Part shown: positions 10,394 through 23,216 of the stretch, piece after piece
How positions within the stretch are numbered: position 1 is the first letter of the stretch
Layout: each line of letters begins with the position of its first letter
Source: Zancudomyces culisetae HAW-14-8
Lineage: Eukaryota; Fungi; Kickxellomycota
Assembly (NCBI GenBank): GCA_052426225.1
Contig: JBNJNM010000021.1
Location: 62,001 to 126,000, forward strand
Direction of reading: 5' to 3'
DNA length: 64,000 nt
Translations under genes and position numbers: made by a program
The notes under the pieces: model-generated
What the model was told of the DNA's origin: nothing
The model's database searches: none
Seen by the model: only the letters and a program-made list of their open reading frames with translations

Positions 10394-13300
10394 TTATCGT
10401 TTTTGAGGTTGTTTATAAATGTTATTATTGGGTTGGGATACAGGAATCGCGTTTCTGGAAAAGTTGTTTGGTTTTTTGGAATATTTAGAAGCAGACGAAA
10501 AGTTGGGAGTGCTTGGTATGGTCTGGGTTGGTTTTGGTGGGATAGCTGCAATGCGAGTCTGGTTTGTATTTGTTCTTGGGTTTATTTGCCTAGAATTAGC
10601 ACCAACACCTGTACCCAAAGCACTAGAGGTTGAAGTTGGTATTGGAGCTGATGCTGATGCTGAGGTTGTATTAGTGGATTGTTTGGGTCGCTGTGCAGTG
10701 CTTTGTGGAAATTGTCGTGGCGACGAGTACATGGGTGATAACGGAGAACTTCCAGTGGATCGGAGATGAGGCGAGATCAGATTTGACCGAGAGGTGTTGA
10801 TCGATGAAGGTGAAGTTGTTCCGTTTCTGATGGCGCTTCTGTAGTAATTAGCTGGCTGGATGGGATGGTGTGAACGAAGCGAACTGGTGCTTGTTCCCAG
10901 ACTGCCACTAGCGAGTTTTTTGATGAGATTTGGCGCACTTCCAAAGTGATTGTGGTCAAGTCTGGAGGTAGAGATTGGCGGTATATTTTCATAACTTTTT
11001 GAAGGTCCAGTTTGGTCAAGATATCCTGGCGGTGTAAAGTCGCAAATGTCTCTGATTCTGGAGGCTCTGGAAATTCTGGTTTGTTCGCGGGTTTCGGGAC
11101 TGCTGGTTGATTGTGTCGAGGTTTTAGAGGAAAGGGATGTTGTTGGCGACAACCCATTGAGTACACATTTGTCGTATTCCATAGCTGGAAAGACATTTGT
11201 GTTTTGTGACACAGAAAGCTTTGCGTCGATCATTTGGTAGTTGGAAAACACGGGCGAGGCAAATCCCTGTGGAATTTGTTTTGTATATTGGTTGTTTAGC
11301 TCTATTTTTGGCTTTGGTTTGAGCTTGAGCTGTCTGCGAGCTGTATTTGGAGTTACTGGCTTGTCAAAATTCTTGGTTTTTTCGGCATTAGCTGTTCCAT
11401 ATGTACGGCCAGTATTAATGATAGGCTTCGCTCCTGTTCTTTGAACGCCTGGTCGAGGAAAAGCTAATTTACCACCCCTGTTTGCACCGAAATACTCTTG
11501 ACCCCCAGAATAGTTTACTTTTTTATCTAAATTATTTCTAGACTTCAAAAATAACATACCATTGCCCAGCGAAGCGCTATCAACCTCATCTGCACCGATA
11601 GTAGAAATTGAGCAATTAGACGCATTCATATTAACTAGTTCTTCCTGTTGTAGATACTTATTCAGCCTTTCTTTTATTATTGCACTCTTATTTTGTTTTA
11701 TTTCTGCAAATATCGACCTCCGTGATTTTTTCTCGCGCTTTTTTGGAATATCACTACCAACAATATCCTTCTTGTGTACTTTAGTTTCTATGCTCAAAAT
11801 GCCATAATCTCTTCCATCATATTGTAAATCTTTCAATTTATCCTGTGAAACAATTCCATTGGACCCATTATTCATCTCCTCCACTTCTTTTGCGTTAAAT
11901 CCCTTTTCTTCATAAAACCCAACCTTCTTTACTTGATAAAACCTCTTCTCCATTTTCTTGTCTTTGGCCTCTTGGAAATTTGTTATTTTTCTTTCGCCTA
12001 CTTTACCAAACAACGACTCGAGCTTAGAAAACCCATTCGTACTACTTTGTACCATCGAATTGACGTCTAAATATCTAAAAATATCACCTATACTCTGTTC
12101 CGTAGAATAGTTATTTATGATATCAAAGGTAAACGACGGCGTCGTGTTTTTAACTGTATTCAGCGAAGGCAGATCTGTACCACTAGGTTTCTTCATCCTG
12201 CTTCCCACTGCCCGTACATTCTTTCCTCTCTCCTCCATGAAATAATTCCCTTTCCTCTCTCCACTTTTCAATGTGCTTGGCAGATTGCTAAGCATGCGTT
12301 CTGTCACTTCTTTTTCAGTGATAATCATATTTGTTATATCCTTTTTCTTCATTCTTTTTTGTTCATCAACATAACCTTCGTAGACTTTAACATTGTTACT
12401 GTCAAGTTTTACTTTTCCGTCAATAATCCCATAAATCTGAAACTTGATAACTTTTTTCAGTGCGTAATTCCTAATTCTTTTACTTTCAAATATATCATTG
12501 CGTAACACATCATCAGTCGTAATTAGCGGTTCAGTTTTATTTTCAAACATAATTTCGTTTATCTTTTCGTGGATCTCCGGTGGCTCTTCATTAAGTAGAA
12601 ACCCATATGACTCGTTGCTCCATCCATAGTTCTCCAATATGCTGGACCAGCTATTCACACTTTCTGTCTTGTTTGCATTGCGATTGACATCAAATTCACC
12701 TTTAAACATTCTGAGATACTCTATCTCCCTCTCGTCATTCTCCTGGTCTACACCACTCAGTATGCTTTGTCCTTCTTTAACCCTTCGACGTTCAGAACTA
12801 CAGTTCAAGAGATAATCGCTCTCTTTCAACGTTTGCCTCCTACTATGAAAAAACGGTGTTTCTGGGGGACTTTCCAAGAGGTAATAGTGATCTCTCGAAT
12901 GGCGTTCATCCGATCTTAGTACCAATGTACCCTCGTCGTTGCTCTGTGAGTAGATGTTTCCTTCGTTCGCACCTTCTTTGTTCTTAATTTCATCCTTGTT
13001 TCTGATAAACCTTTCAGACAGTTCTACCTTTGGTTTCTCCACCTCTTCTGCCGCGGAAAAAGTCTGTATAAACGTACCGCTGCTGCTATTGGAAGTTCCG
13101 CTCAATGTATTGTATTGTTTCACCATCGAATTCACTGCTTTCAGTGTATCTGCTGCTTCTATTTCTAGCTGTGCACTATTTCGGCTTATTTGCTCAACCA
13201 TTTCCTCCAAGTTGTTCAACCAAGCCTTCTTGTGTTTGTTATTCTCAATCTCATGAGATATATAGTCTGGTGAATCTCGAAGACTCAATTTTCGTGGCTT

Positions 13301-13405
13301 TATTCCTTTCAATGGGTTCATGGGATCTACTTCTGTGTTCTCACCAACAGTTTCGCCCTGGTCAAGATTCAAGTAGTCCCAATATCCCTCTGAGTCGTTT
13401 TCCAT
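10394..13405 (-). CDS. Hypothetical 1003-aa protein, charged N-half and S/T/P-rich disordered C-half
   Basis: 3-kb uninterrupted ATG ORF. No family motif recognised. Confidence 0.8.
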   Translation of the reverse strand: MENDSEGYWDYLNLDQGETVGENTEVDPMNPLKGIKPRKLSLRDSPDYISHEIENNKHKKAWLNNLEEMVEQISRNSAQLEIEAADTLKAVNSMVKQYNTLSGTSNSSSGTFIQTFSAAEEVEKPKVELSERFIRNKDEIKNKEGANEGNIYSQSNDEGTLVLRSDERHSRDHYYLLESPPETPFFHSRRQTLKESDYLLNCSSERRRVKEGQSILSGVDQENDEREIEYLRMFKGEFDVNRNANKTESVNSWSSILENYGWSNESYGFLLNEEPPEIHEKINEIMFENKTEPLITTDDVLRNDIFESKRIRNYALKKVIKFQIYGIIDGKVKLDSNNVKVYEGYVDEQKRMKKKDITNMIITEKEVTERMLSNLPSTLKSGERKGNYFMEERGKNVRAVGSRMKKPSGTDLPSLNTVKNTTPSFTFDIINNYSTEQSIGDIFRYLDVNSMVQSSTNGFSKLESLFGKVGERKITNFQEAKDKKMEKRFYQVKKVGFYEEKGFNAKEVEEMNNGSNGIVSQDKLKDLQYDGRDYGILSIETKVHKKDIVGSDIPKKREKKSRRSIFAEIKQNKSAIIKERLNKYLQQEELVNMNASNCSISTIGADEVDSASLGNGMLFLKSRNNLDKKVNYSGGQEYFGANRGGKLAFPRPGVQRTGAKPIINTGRTYGTANAEKTKNFDKPVTPNTARRQLKLKPKPKIELNNQYTKQIPQGFASPVFSNYQMIDAKLSVSQNTNVFPAMEYDKCVLNGLSPTTSLSSKTSTQSTSSPETREQTRISRASRIRDICDFTPPGYLDQTGPSKSYENIPPISTSRLDHNHFGSAPNLIKKLASGSLGTSTSSLRSHHPIQPANYYRSAIRNGTTSPSSINTSRSNLISPHLRSTGSSPLSPMYSSPRQFPQSTAQRPKQSTNTTSASASAPIPTSTSSALGTGVGANSRQINPRTNTNQTRIAAIPPKPTQTIPSTPNFSSASKYSKKPNNFSRNAIPVSQPNNNIYKQPQKR

Positions 13406-14449
13406 ATTATATTTTATTCTTTGTTAGTAACATTTAGGGTTTTTGTGGATATCGTATTTTTTTCGAGGCGTAGCAGAGTGTTATCGTTATCGTAGTTATT
13501 GCAGATAAGTTAGTCTAGACTAAATAAACTGTTTATATTAATTATATTTCGTAAGCGCAAGTTAAACAAGTAGCGCATAAAGCTCGCTCTTAGTTTCACC
13601 AGTTGGAGGGGGGGGTACTTTTTAATTTTTCGTTTTACTTTTTATGGCAAGTTTGGAAATATTAGACAGGTAAAAAGGGAATTAACATCATTCTTATTGT
13701 TCCATTTAGAACTTTAGGATGAAATATTCTTAAAACAAAAATTTAAAACAAAAATAGTGAGATATCTTGTCTTTGTTGGGCCTTTTTTTTTGTTTAGGAA
13801 AGAGCTAATATACCGGTATTAATTTGCATTGAAATGAATATTTGATTTGATATTTCTCCTTTCGCGTTGCAAAGAAAACACACACACCCACTTGCAAAAC
13901 AACAAACTAAATGAAAACATCCTGTTTGATTTTTCACTCCCCGCATGTCATCACTTCCCACTTCCCACTCCCCGCCCCTTCATCCCACTTGCTCTGTTGC
14001 TTTTTTTCTTCCACAAAAAAAATTCCATGATTCGGTCAAAAACTGACCACATGCAATCCAGGCTCTTTATGTAAAATCACAGATATATTGGTGCCCTGTT
14101 GCTTACCAAATTGAATTCTTTGTTTATTCATTACTAATGGTGTATCCATTTCTCCATAATTATTTATTTTGTTATTGTTGCAGATTTTCCATAGCCTTAC
14201 CCAAAACATCTTTTTTTTACTTTGAACAATAACTACAAAGTATAATATTGGATTCAATCTACGTATTATAATTTTAATGTGCCAATCACAAATTGATCAT
14301 CAATCTTATTATTGTTTTGAAATATACAAGCATTTCCGCCATTTCAAGGTGAGTATTATTGCTAATCTCATGAGATTCTGCTAGTAAAATCACCCGACAA
14401 TTAAGAAAAATCTATCAAAACAACCAAACATCTTTATCGGTTGTAATTA

Positions 14450-17400
14450 TCGAATAGTTGAAAATATATGAACGGCCAGCAATTTCAAGTTTGTTTGGGC
14501 TAAACTTTATTGAACTTCAATCTGCATTTCGTTTTTTATTTGACCAGTATATCATCTGCTCGATATCCTTGCAAAATATATCTCATACAGGTTCCTCAAT
14601 AGCCATCCAGATCAGCTTCATGAACAATAATCCGCTAAAACAATTTACCCTTGTGCCTTATTATATACATGCCGAAATTAGTGAAACAATAATAATAGAC
14701 GCGGAAATTATTTGTTTTGTTTTCAGGTGGTACGACTCAGTCTCCACAGTTTTAGTTGCAGTTGACGCTATTTTCTTAAGAACTATAAAAGCCATTTGCC
14801 TTAATAGGTCCAAATTAGCTCTTTTTTCCAAATTGCTCTGAATTACGAAAAAAGCCAGCATCAAAGATAATGTAAACACATACCAATTTACCCAGTAAGT
14901 TAGGTACATACTCACAAGTCAGGAAATAAAACTACACTTCTAGACCCACTAATCCTTCCCAATTTTCATTATTCTTCACATTATACTTTTACCTGAAGTG
15001 ACACTGCCCACGCATCATCTGCTTCGTAACAAGTTTCTCAGCTATTCTGCCTTTGCCTTAAAAAGGCTTACACTATGAACAATCTGCTATACCTTTGGTT
15101 ATACTTCTCGCTAAACCCAGCAGCTACCAAAAGCACAATTTGTGTCTCTTTTATCCGTGACTTTTTAAAGGATGCCACCCATATTTACACATTTTTTGCC
15201 TTGTAATTCTCGCTTTATTTGTAATCGAATACAACTTTACGATATTTTTAAAGCCACAAACGCAACACATCATTTTCGCACTATTTTTTTACTGAAAGCA
15301 GTAAACCGTCAAACATAAACAATAGTTAATGGTTAGATCATGTTTAGCATTTTAACACCAGCTTCCATTTCCGGATGTTTCATGTGGTCACTAGCACTAC
15401 CAGCTTAGAAATCGACGAATCTATCCTCAAAGTTACTATACGGTACTTTTCGGATAACGCATCGAAAATAAAGGTCGAGATTAATTTTTGTGTACAAATT
15501 GCCATTTACGCACTGTACTATGCACCTAGTCGTTTCATTTATAAACCCCCTTCGCCTCCTTTTCTTTCTCTTTTCATAGCTGAAAATATACTTCTTGATA
15601 TTCACTGTGTGTTTCAAATGCCTTTTATTTGTTTCTAGATTGATACCAGGGTTTACTTCAATCACCAGACCACCACAACAAAAGTAAAATATTCAACTTT
15701 CGTTTTGCTCCAGTTTTTTGTTCCATTCAACATATCTATTAGCCAATACATTATTTTCAGATCTTCTAATATCACACTAAAAAGGAGGGAATTAACTTTT
15801 TTCATCGAAAAAAAAAATTTAATTAAAACTTAGACCCAAATCAAGCAACATAATAACTAATCATGCAGCTATTCATTACAACATTCATATTCACGAAAGT
15901 TGATAGGGTCTATTCAATATACAAAATACATTTCTTTTAAACGGCGATTTTATTCCATGTTAACTTAATCAGAATCAGTTGTAATAATTCTCTGGCTCTT
16001 ATAAGCAAAAAGAAAAAGGCTAATGTATCATGATTTATATATCCAAGCAATGTTCAACCACAAGCAAATTGAATTATATTAAAATCTACGTGTTTTTTAG
16101 GCCAAAGCAAGATATTCACCAGGATTTGTGAAAATCTAATATACAAACATTTTAGTTCATACTCACACAAAGCATATTCCAATTGCCAGAAAAAACAAAA
16201 AATAACATGCACACAGAGATGTCATTTCTCAGCTGCAAGCAATAAATGTAATATCAACTAAAACATGATTCTTTCAGAATTGTTTACTATTTAACTTATA
16301 AAAAAGTACCAGGCGATAAATACACATTACAAATATGGAGAATCGTTGCCATAAAAAGTAAATTGGGTGTGACATCTAGTGTTACTATAACATTGAGTTT
16401 ACACCTCATGTATACAATGTAGAATCACGAGCCAAAAAGAGACGTGTTTATACTGCCGGCGAAGCTGTGTCTCGCCAAGGCGTCTCTTGTACAAGATATA
16501 TCTATCATATGTATAGAACTTTCACTAGTAGTAAAGTGATAATACCATGCCAAATACTCACACCGCACCAATAAATGCACCTTTCAATGTAGCTAACAAA
16601 AACAACACCATTGATGTTGTGGTACCTGAAAATCTCTTTTTGAGACAATTCAGCTTTGACAAGTGCGAGAGTTGTGACAATCACAGTAAGTCTTCTGACT
16701 TCATGAAAAAATGCCTTGGGTACTAACTGTGGATACTCTATTCTACACTCTACGCCCACGTGATGGAAGTAGACTAGAATAAAAATCTTAAACTGACTAA
16801 AGCTACCAACTTTTAATGCGAAAAGTGCTCCAAGGGTCTAGCACATTGAAAAGTGTACAATGAATTTACATGGTCAAAAAAATAAAACAAAAAAACAACT
16901 AATCATATTCACTATTTAAATGAGATTCTTAAGAAAAAGAGAATAGTGCACTTCAGTATTTAATAAGAGCCTGTACTGCACAGGACACTCACCTCTTGGT
17001 CAGCAATATTCATAACAATGAGAGTATGACATCCTTGGTTTTAAATGGTATCCTTTTTCAAGCTTGGACTACGATTCTAAAGTAGTTCTACAGGATACTT
17101 ACCCTTCATTCGTTTTTTCCTTCCTCTCCACTGGGTACATGATCTGATTGTTATTTTTCTCCTTTATCCACTTTAATGAGAGCCATTAGCCTTGGGGGTG
17201 AGATGGGGGGAGGGTAAATTTCAGTGAGCTGCTAAAAAAAACAACTTTGTAGGAATATTCCCGATCCATCCAAAGAATTGCAAGTAAAACAAATAGTCAT
17301 ACCTTGATTCGCCCTTGTACTACAACTTTTTGTAAAAGCTGACGCCTATACCATACAGGTAACATTCATATAACTATATTTCAATAAATTGTGACACTAA

Positions 17401-17660
17401 TTAGCAATTGGTAAAGCATTTGAAGTTGCAATTACGGTTACCATTACTACAAAGCTTCTTTATGCTTGCCAAAATCGAATATTTTCACCAATTAAACTGC
17501 TGTGATACCGCATATCAACTTTTTCTCCCCCTAGATTCGTGGTTTACTGATTTTTTTAACGGGATTAATTACAAAACGCGTTTTTTGGTATGGCATTTCC
17601 ATCTTCCAAACTGATGAAGACCATAAGCTCTAATGGCCACAACCAAGGACTGCGCAAGTA
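14450..17660 (-). mobile_element. Decayed Ty3/Gypsy-like pol remnant (RT-RNaseH-integrase)
   Basis: Minus-strand fragments in order: SPWLWPL (~17650), KTRF, RFWQ (~17470), MLP/YGIG (~17350), LAILWMD (~17270), IADCS*C (~15075), DAWAV (~15010), YFLTC/YLTYWV (~14900), KFSPNKL..WPF (~14480). Riddled with stops and frameshifts. Confidence 0.45.
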
Positions 17661-18502
17661 TAGCTTATAAAGTCAAAAAGAAGCTAATGTGTGACAAGTG
17701 TTATTAGCATATTAGTATTATCCAAAGGTATTAGTGCTGCTCTAGTGGTGTATTTTCCAGAGAATAGTCTTTTTTATCCCATCTAAACAACCAAAAGTTC
17801 CATATATCAATACTGTTGGGGGGACCAACAATTAGTGGGTGTACTAGATACAACGCAAAAAATTCGGTAGATAGTTTATCTTTCACATCAAAGCCTAATA
17901 CCTTATTTACTGAGATAGTATTTGAAAAAGTTCATACAATCACAAGAATCAAATTGAGAACTGGCAAGAATTTATTTGCAAATTAGTTCCAATGTGAAAA
18001 ACTGATTTGGTTGGGATAACACGTTGTAGCTTACATCGCTCACTAATAAACACGTAAATAATTAACAAAAAACGCTTGGGTAAAGTGGCTTATTTAAAAA
18101 AATAAACCAAGACAAAGATGTACCGATTTAATGTTTTATATAAACTTCTCTTAATATTGACTTCTATTCTTTTGTTTGCTTCCTTTGTCCTATTTTTTTT
18201 CGTTTTCTCTTTTAACTTTTTTTTTTGTTAATATAATATAGTCGGATTTAAAACACTCTACCATACCATTTAAAACAGCATTACTAGCAAAACATCGTGA
18301 CACCTGCACCATTCCCAACAAGTATTTACCACCTAAACTCAAACAAATATAAAGATGGTGTATAAAAGGATTTCCTTTATCTTTTGCAAATAAACTACAA
18401 TATTTTTCAATGTATTAATATAACACAACAGCGCTATTTAATGAAGAGCAGTGAAACCTTTTCAGAAAACAACGATAGTAAGATATAAAATTACTAAAAA
18501 AA

Positions 18503-20347
18503 ATGAAGTTTTCAGAGTATCTCTTGTTGAAACTCGGGTTTGACTATAAGGAACCAGAAAATACGGAGCCAAAAGACAAAGTAATCCTAAGAAGAAAGCC
18601 GACATTTCTTGGGAGTCTTTTGGGATTTAGATTAAGCTTTTTAGGTGGTCGTAGTTCAAAACCCAAAGAAAGAGAGTCTGTTTGCAATGCAGACAATAAC
18701 TCACAAGGACATAACGATGGTGGGGATACATCTAGGTCGCCAACAATACCAACTATTGGCGGAGACATAATATCCATTGACGATAGCGAGAAAGAGATAA
18801 AAATAGATTCCAGAAGAATTATCGAAGGCTTAAACAAAAAGTTTGGAACTGTAGAAAACTTCAGGCACTCTAGGCTGTTTACTGATGCAATGGAAGACTA
18901 TCACAAACACATACTACTCCTGAATAAATCAGGCAAGCAGAATATAGCTACCTCGCGTAATAAGCAAGATTCTGTCTTGGATTTGCAAGGTAATGGTGGG
19001 GCTTTGAAACATGTTAACGCGGATGATGGGAAGAGTTCATATGCGCTCAACAACGGGAGCCAAGGTCTTATGGGTGGCGATGAACCATTTTCACTTGATT
19101 TTGAAGGGTTTTTGAAAAGCTTGGACCAGCATGTTGAACAAGAAATGGTTACAACGCCAAATCCTACACATAATAATACCGAAATTGGTAGAAATGTATC
19201 CGAAAGGAACCTCTCTGGACCTTCTAATGCATCTAGTGATGGTAAGAACTCTGGGATGTCCAAAAATTCTGACGGTGCCAATGAAGGAGTAGTTGGTACA
19301 GAGTTAAAACTAGCAGAAGAGACAGCTAGAGCAGAGAATGTAGATAATTCTTATGATCATGATAATTCCAATAATTCTGATAATTCTGATAACTCGGCTA
19401 ATGATGACCACATACAAATGTGTGATGTCGATGTTGACAGCCTTTCGATGATTTCCGAAGGTGAAGGCAACTACTACACAGTTAAATACCAAGAGATAAT
19501 ACAAGATACAGAAGAGTACTCTGAGAATTCCGAAGATGACATTAAAGAAGGAAGTAGACCTGACGATTCATCAGCACCAGGAAGCGGGGGGCGCCCTCCC
19601 AAAGAATTGAAGACCATAAACCATTTCGCAAGAAGACACCAAAATGCCGAAATGGAGCCACTTAGAGTTGTTAACCAAGTGTCTAAATCTAGCTCTATAA
19701 AAAGCGAGAGCCCAGGGATGGAGTGTGTCAATGATGAAGTGCCCACTAATGAAAAAAATGGCCATGATCAGAATAGCCTAGCCGTTGACCAGGATGAAAC
19801 TAGCAACTACAAGGATAACACACTGGTTAGCAGATCTCCAAGTGTATTGGCCACTTCTGATACTCTAAAGGACGATTGTACCCTTAAGAAGAACAGCAGC
19901 ATATCTCCCTCAATCAAAAACAGAATGACCATTTTCGAACCATCAAGCCTAGCTGAGGAAAGAAAAACCCCACCTAAAAATCAACCAGCGAACGGCCATG
20001 GTGCAACTGTAGACCAATATGAAAATGAAAGTAGCGCATCTTCTCAAAGTTCTCCGAGAGTTCAGATCTATGGTTCGACGGTTTCAGGAAACAGACAATA
20101 CAAAAAAGATATTAAAGAACTATTTAAAATCTTAACCGCTAGGTCAATACGATTTGAATACATCTGCATAGCCGCGGATCAAAAGGCAAGATCGTACATG
20201 AAACGAAAATCCTTAGGAAACACAAATATCCCACAAATCTATGTTGATGGAGAGTTCAAAGGTTTCTACAAAGAAGCTGTCTTGGAAAACCAAATGGGAA
20301 CACTGAACCAGTGGTTGGGCTTGGACAGAGAACCTGAAATGTTTTAA
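18503..20347 (+). CDS. Disordered protein with C-terminal SH3BGR/glutaredoxin-like domain
   Basis: 614 aa. C-terminal VQIYGSTVSGN...IRFEYICIAADQKARSYM...IPQIYVDGEFKG...LNQWLGL. No CxxC. Confidence 0.85.
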   Translation: MKFSEYLLLKLGFDYKEPENTEPKDKVILRRKPTFLGSLLGFRLSFLGGRSSKPKERESVCNADNNSQGHNDGGDTSRSPTIPTIGGDIISIDDSEKEIKIDSRRIIEGLNKKFGTVENFRHSRLFTDAMEDYHKHILLLNKSGKQNIATSRNKQDSVLDLQGNGGALKHVNADDGKSSYALNNGSQGLMGGDEPFSLDFEGFLKSLDQHVEQEMVTTPNPTHNNTEIGRNVSERNLSGPSNASSDGKNSGMSKNSDGANEGVVGTELKLAEETARAENVDNSYDHDNSNNSDNSDNSANDDHIQMCDVDVDSLSMISEGEGNYYTVKYQEIIQDTEEYSENSEDDIKEGSRPDDSSAPGSGGRPPKELKTINHFARRHQNAEMEPLRVVNQVSKSSSIKSESPGMECVNDEVPTNEKNGHDQNSLAVDQDETSNYKDNTLVSRSPSVLATSDTLKDDCTLKKNSSISPSIKNRMTIFEPSSLAEERKTPPKNQPANGHGATVDQYENESSASSQSSPRVQIYGSTVSGNRQYKKDIKELFKILTARSIRFEYICIAADQKARSYMKRKSLGNTNIPQIYVDGEFKGFYKEAVLENQMGTLNQWLGLDREPEMF

Positions 20348-20833
20348 CGCATGTGACATCACGGTTATTTTCTTTTTATTCAGTGTCTTTTTTCCCAGTT
20401 TGTCTTTTTATCATTTGGTTATTAAAGTATTTATAGCTTTAGTTTTATGTAAGTGTAGTCAAGTGAAAACTTGTTTCAGAAATTCCCTGCCTAAAATTTA
20501 AATACTAATACGCATTTTTACGCTTACTGGATTTGTTGCCAAAAGAAAAAAAAAAGATATGTTCTTTCTTACTGTGTAGAAACCGGAATTCTCAAGCGGG
20601 TTCACTCTTCTTTTTTTTTCTATCCTCAAGTCAGTAGGAATATCTTCGAGAAAGTGGAGTACCAACAACAATCGTTAGAATATATGGTGTATGATACAAA
20701 TTATATGCCAAATACTTTATGAAGAAATTCAATGATATCTATCTAGTCCAACAATAGTTGAGCCAAAACTGTAAAAGCAGCAATGGCTTTGAAAAATGAA
20801 ACCAGTAAGAAATGACAAAGAAAACAGCCTCTA

Positions 20834-22586
20834 TTAAAACAATGCGATCCTATTAGAGCCAACTGTGTACGAAATGGCTCCACTGAAAGGCCGGCCACTG
20901 GGTATTTTAGAAATCAACTCTTTTTTAGAAGGAATTTGATCAAAATACACTGTATCATTTATGCCCGTGTAAAGCTGATATAGGTGGTTGACGCTTGTTG
21001 TCAAAACAGAAGACGCACTCAAAGAATGAGTTGGGTTGGCATTGTCTTTTTCTAACGCCTTTAGCATTTCCCTGGCCTCGCGTATATAGCCAACGGCAAA
21101 GCCACAGTTTTTGCTGCTATAAGAAATTTTTGCCAAATAAACCAAGGATATCGAATATATCAGTTTGTGAGTGTCTCTGACGTAGTCCTTGAACTCAGAG
21201 CTTATGAATTGTTTGTCGTCTATTCGTAGTGTGTTCACTATTTCAAGAACGGCCCTGTATTGCTCAACAGCATACAACAATGTACGACTAATTATCGATA
21301 GCTTATAGTTTTCCCGCGCAGCTCTACAGGCTATCAATCTATCAGCATCTGCTATTGCTAGAGTTTCAAACATGAGTTGTGCCATCGAGTCCAGATCTGG
21401 CGAATTGGCTGCTAACAGCTTCATACGCGGAGAAAACTCGAGCCTGATGTATTGAAATATCCCTGCAGCTTCTCGAAGCCCTTTGATAGCCATGTTGGCG
21501 TATTCGTGTTCGCTAAGCTCACTAGATCCCGGTAAGACACTTTGTGAATCTTCTATGCTTGATTCTTCCAAAACTTTCCCTTTTACCTTATCTTTTCCAG
21601 CACCAAGTCCCTTCTTAACCTTAGAAATAAAGCCCTTTTTATTTTCCAAAGAAATGGAAGACTTTTCCATTAGAGATGGGGAGCTAGATTTGGGTAAAAT
21701 CAGCTCTGAAATTTCTTCGGATTTAACTAAATCAAATGAATCAACTTGTAGATATGCAAGCAACATCTTGCTAACCGCAAGTGCATGCAGTACATTTGCC
21801 ATCTCAAATTCAATACTTGTGCTTTGATATGATCTTGAATTAAATGGGCTGACGAGATTTTCCAAAAACCCTGATTTACGGCCTACAAGACTCGTTTTCT
21901 GAGTGATTGATGTCTTGTTTGAATTTTGAGTGTCGTTTTCTTTATGCTTTTGTCTATCCTTTCCATCTTCTACCGGTTTTTCACTACTATTCCTGCGAAA
22001 CGAGCGTTTCTTTATATTAATACTTTTCACCGCTGATCGCACAGTGTGTAAGGGACTTTCTGCTCGTTCTTGTGTCGCTCCAAACGAAAAATTAGATGGC
22101 TGTCCTGTTGCTGTCGAAAGTACATGTTCTTTCTCTCTAGTGCTATTTCTGTTATATACTGCCGAAAGTATGGGTTTGCTGTTCTCGACAAAAGAGCTTT
22201 TCCATATAAATACAACTATTTCAGGGTATCAGAGCACTTTAAAGCGGAACAAGCAAGATAAAATTTTTGATTTTTTGATATTTTAAAAAAAGGTGCCATA
22301 TGTAGCCGCACTTACCACTGTTCGTTTGGATGATTCCCTCTTTTGTCTGAATGTATCGTTCAATGTCTTTTAACTTTGCCAAGTAAGTGTTTATAACGGT
22401 CACCATCTTCAGTGCCATATTACGATCCACAACTTTTTCTTGTTCGTTTAGCATATTTCTCATTTCTTCCCTCTTGTGGGTCAAACTTACTAATTCCCCC
22501 AGAAGATTTTCATCCCCGTTTGAGGATGTTATCAGTGAGACAAGTGAGACCTGCTTTGTTCTTGGAAGTCTAATAAAAAACTGCAT
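20834..22586 (-). CDS. palC: BRO1-domain pH-response protein PalC-like (2 exons)
   Basis: Starts MQFFIRLPRT. Intron 22216-22315 (GTAAGT..TAG) joins in frame (VVFIWKSS). Bro1 motifs SIEFEMANVL, LREAAGIFQYI, GFAVGYI, INDTVYFDQIP, IPSGRP. Confidence 0.78.
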
Positions 22587-23216
22587 CCTGACACACTCTT
22601 TTCTCTCTTCCACTTCCGCAAATACCTCTTAATCAGAATCGATTCTTTATTTTGCCTTTTTGTTATATTAAACACGATTAAAATGTCAAACTTTTCAAAT
22701 CTTCTTAAAGGTTGTGTAGATGGAAATGAGGTAAAATCCGATGGTTTTATTTGCCCATTTTTGAACGAAGTATTTGATTTTTCCGAGTTGTGAAAATGGA
22801 AAAGAAACAGAGTGGATGATATTAGTGATGTTAGTGATGTTGTGATGTTGTGATGTTTGTGGTGTTGGTGAGAGGGGAAAAGGAAAAGAAAAAGAAAAAG
22901 GGGTTGGTCGGATCTACCTATATTTTCGAGAGTAAGCTTTATTTTAGAATGACAATAACAATGCATGGAAAATACAGTTCTCTCAAGTCGGTTTATTTTC
23001 AGATGATTAAAACAAAGAGTTGTTTGCAAAGTTAGAAGGATAAATAATACATCAACACTACTGTCCCAAAGCTGATGGTATCAACCAAAATTTCAGTGGG
23101 GAATGGGGAAAACATAGATACATTTAATCGTCAGCTGAATAAGATATATAGTTAGACTATGTAGCGAATATGCTACGGAATTCTGTACAATCTATTCTAA
23201 AATGTGGTATATTTAA

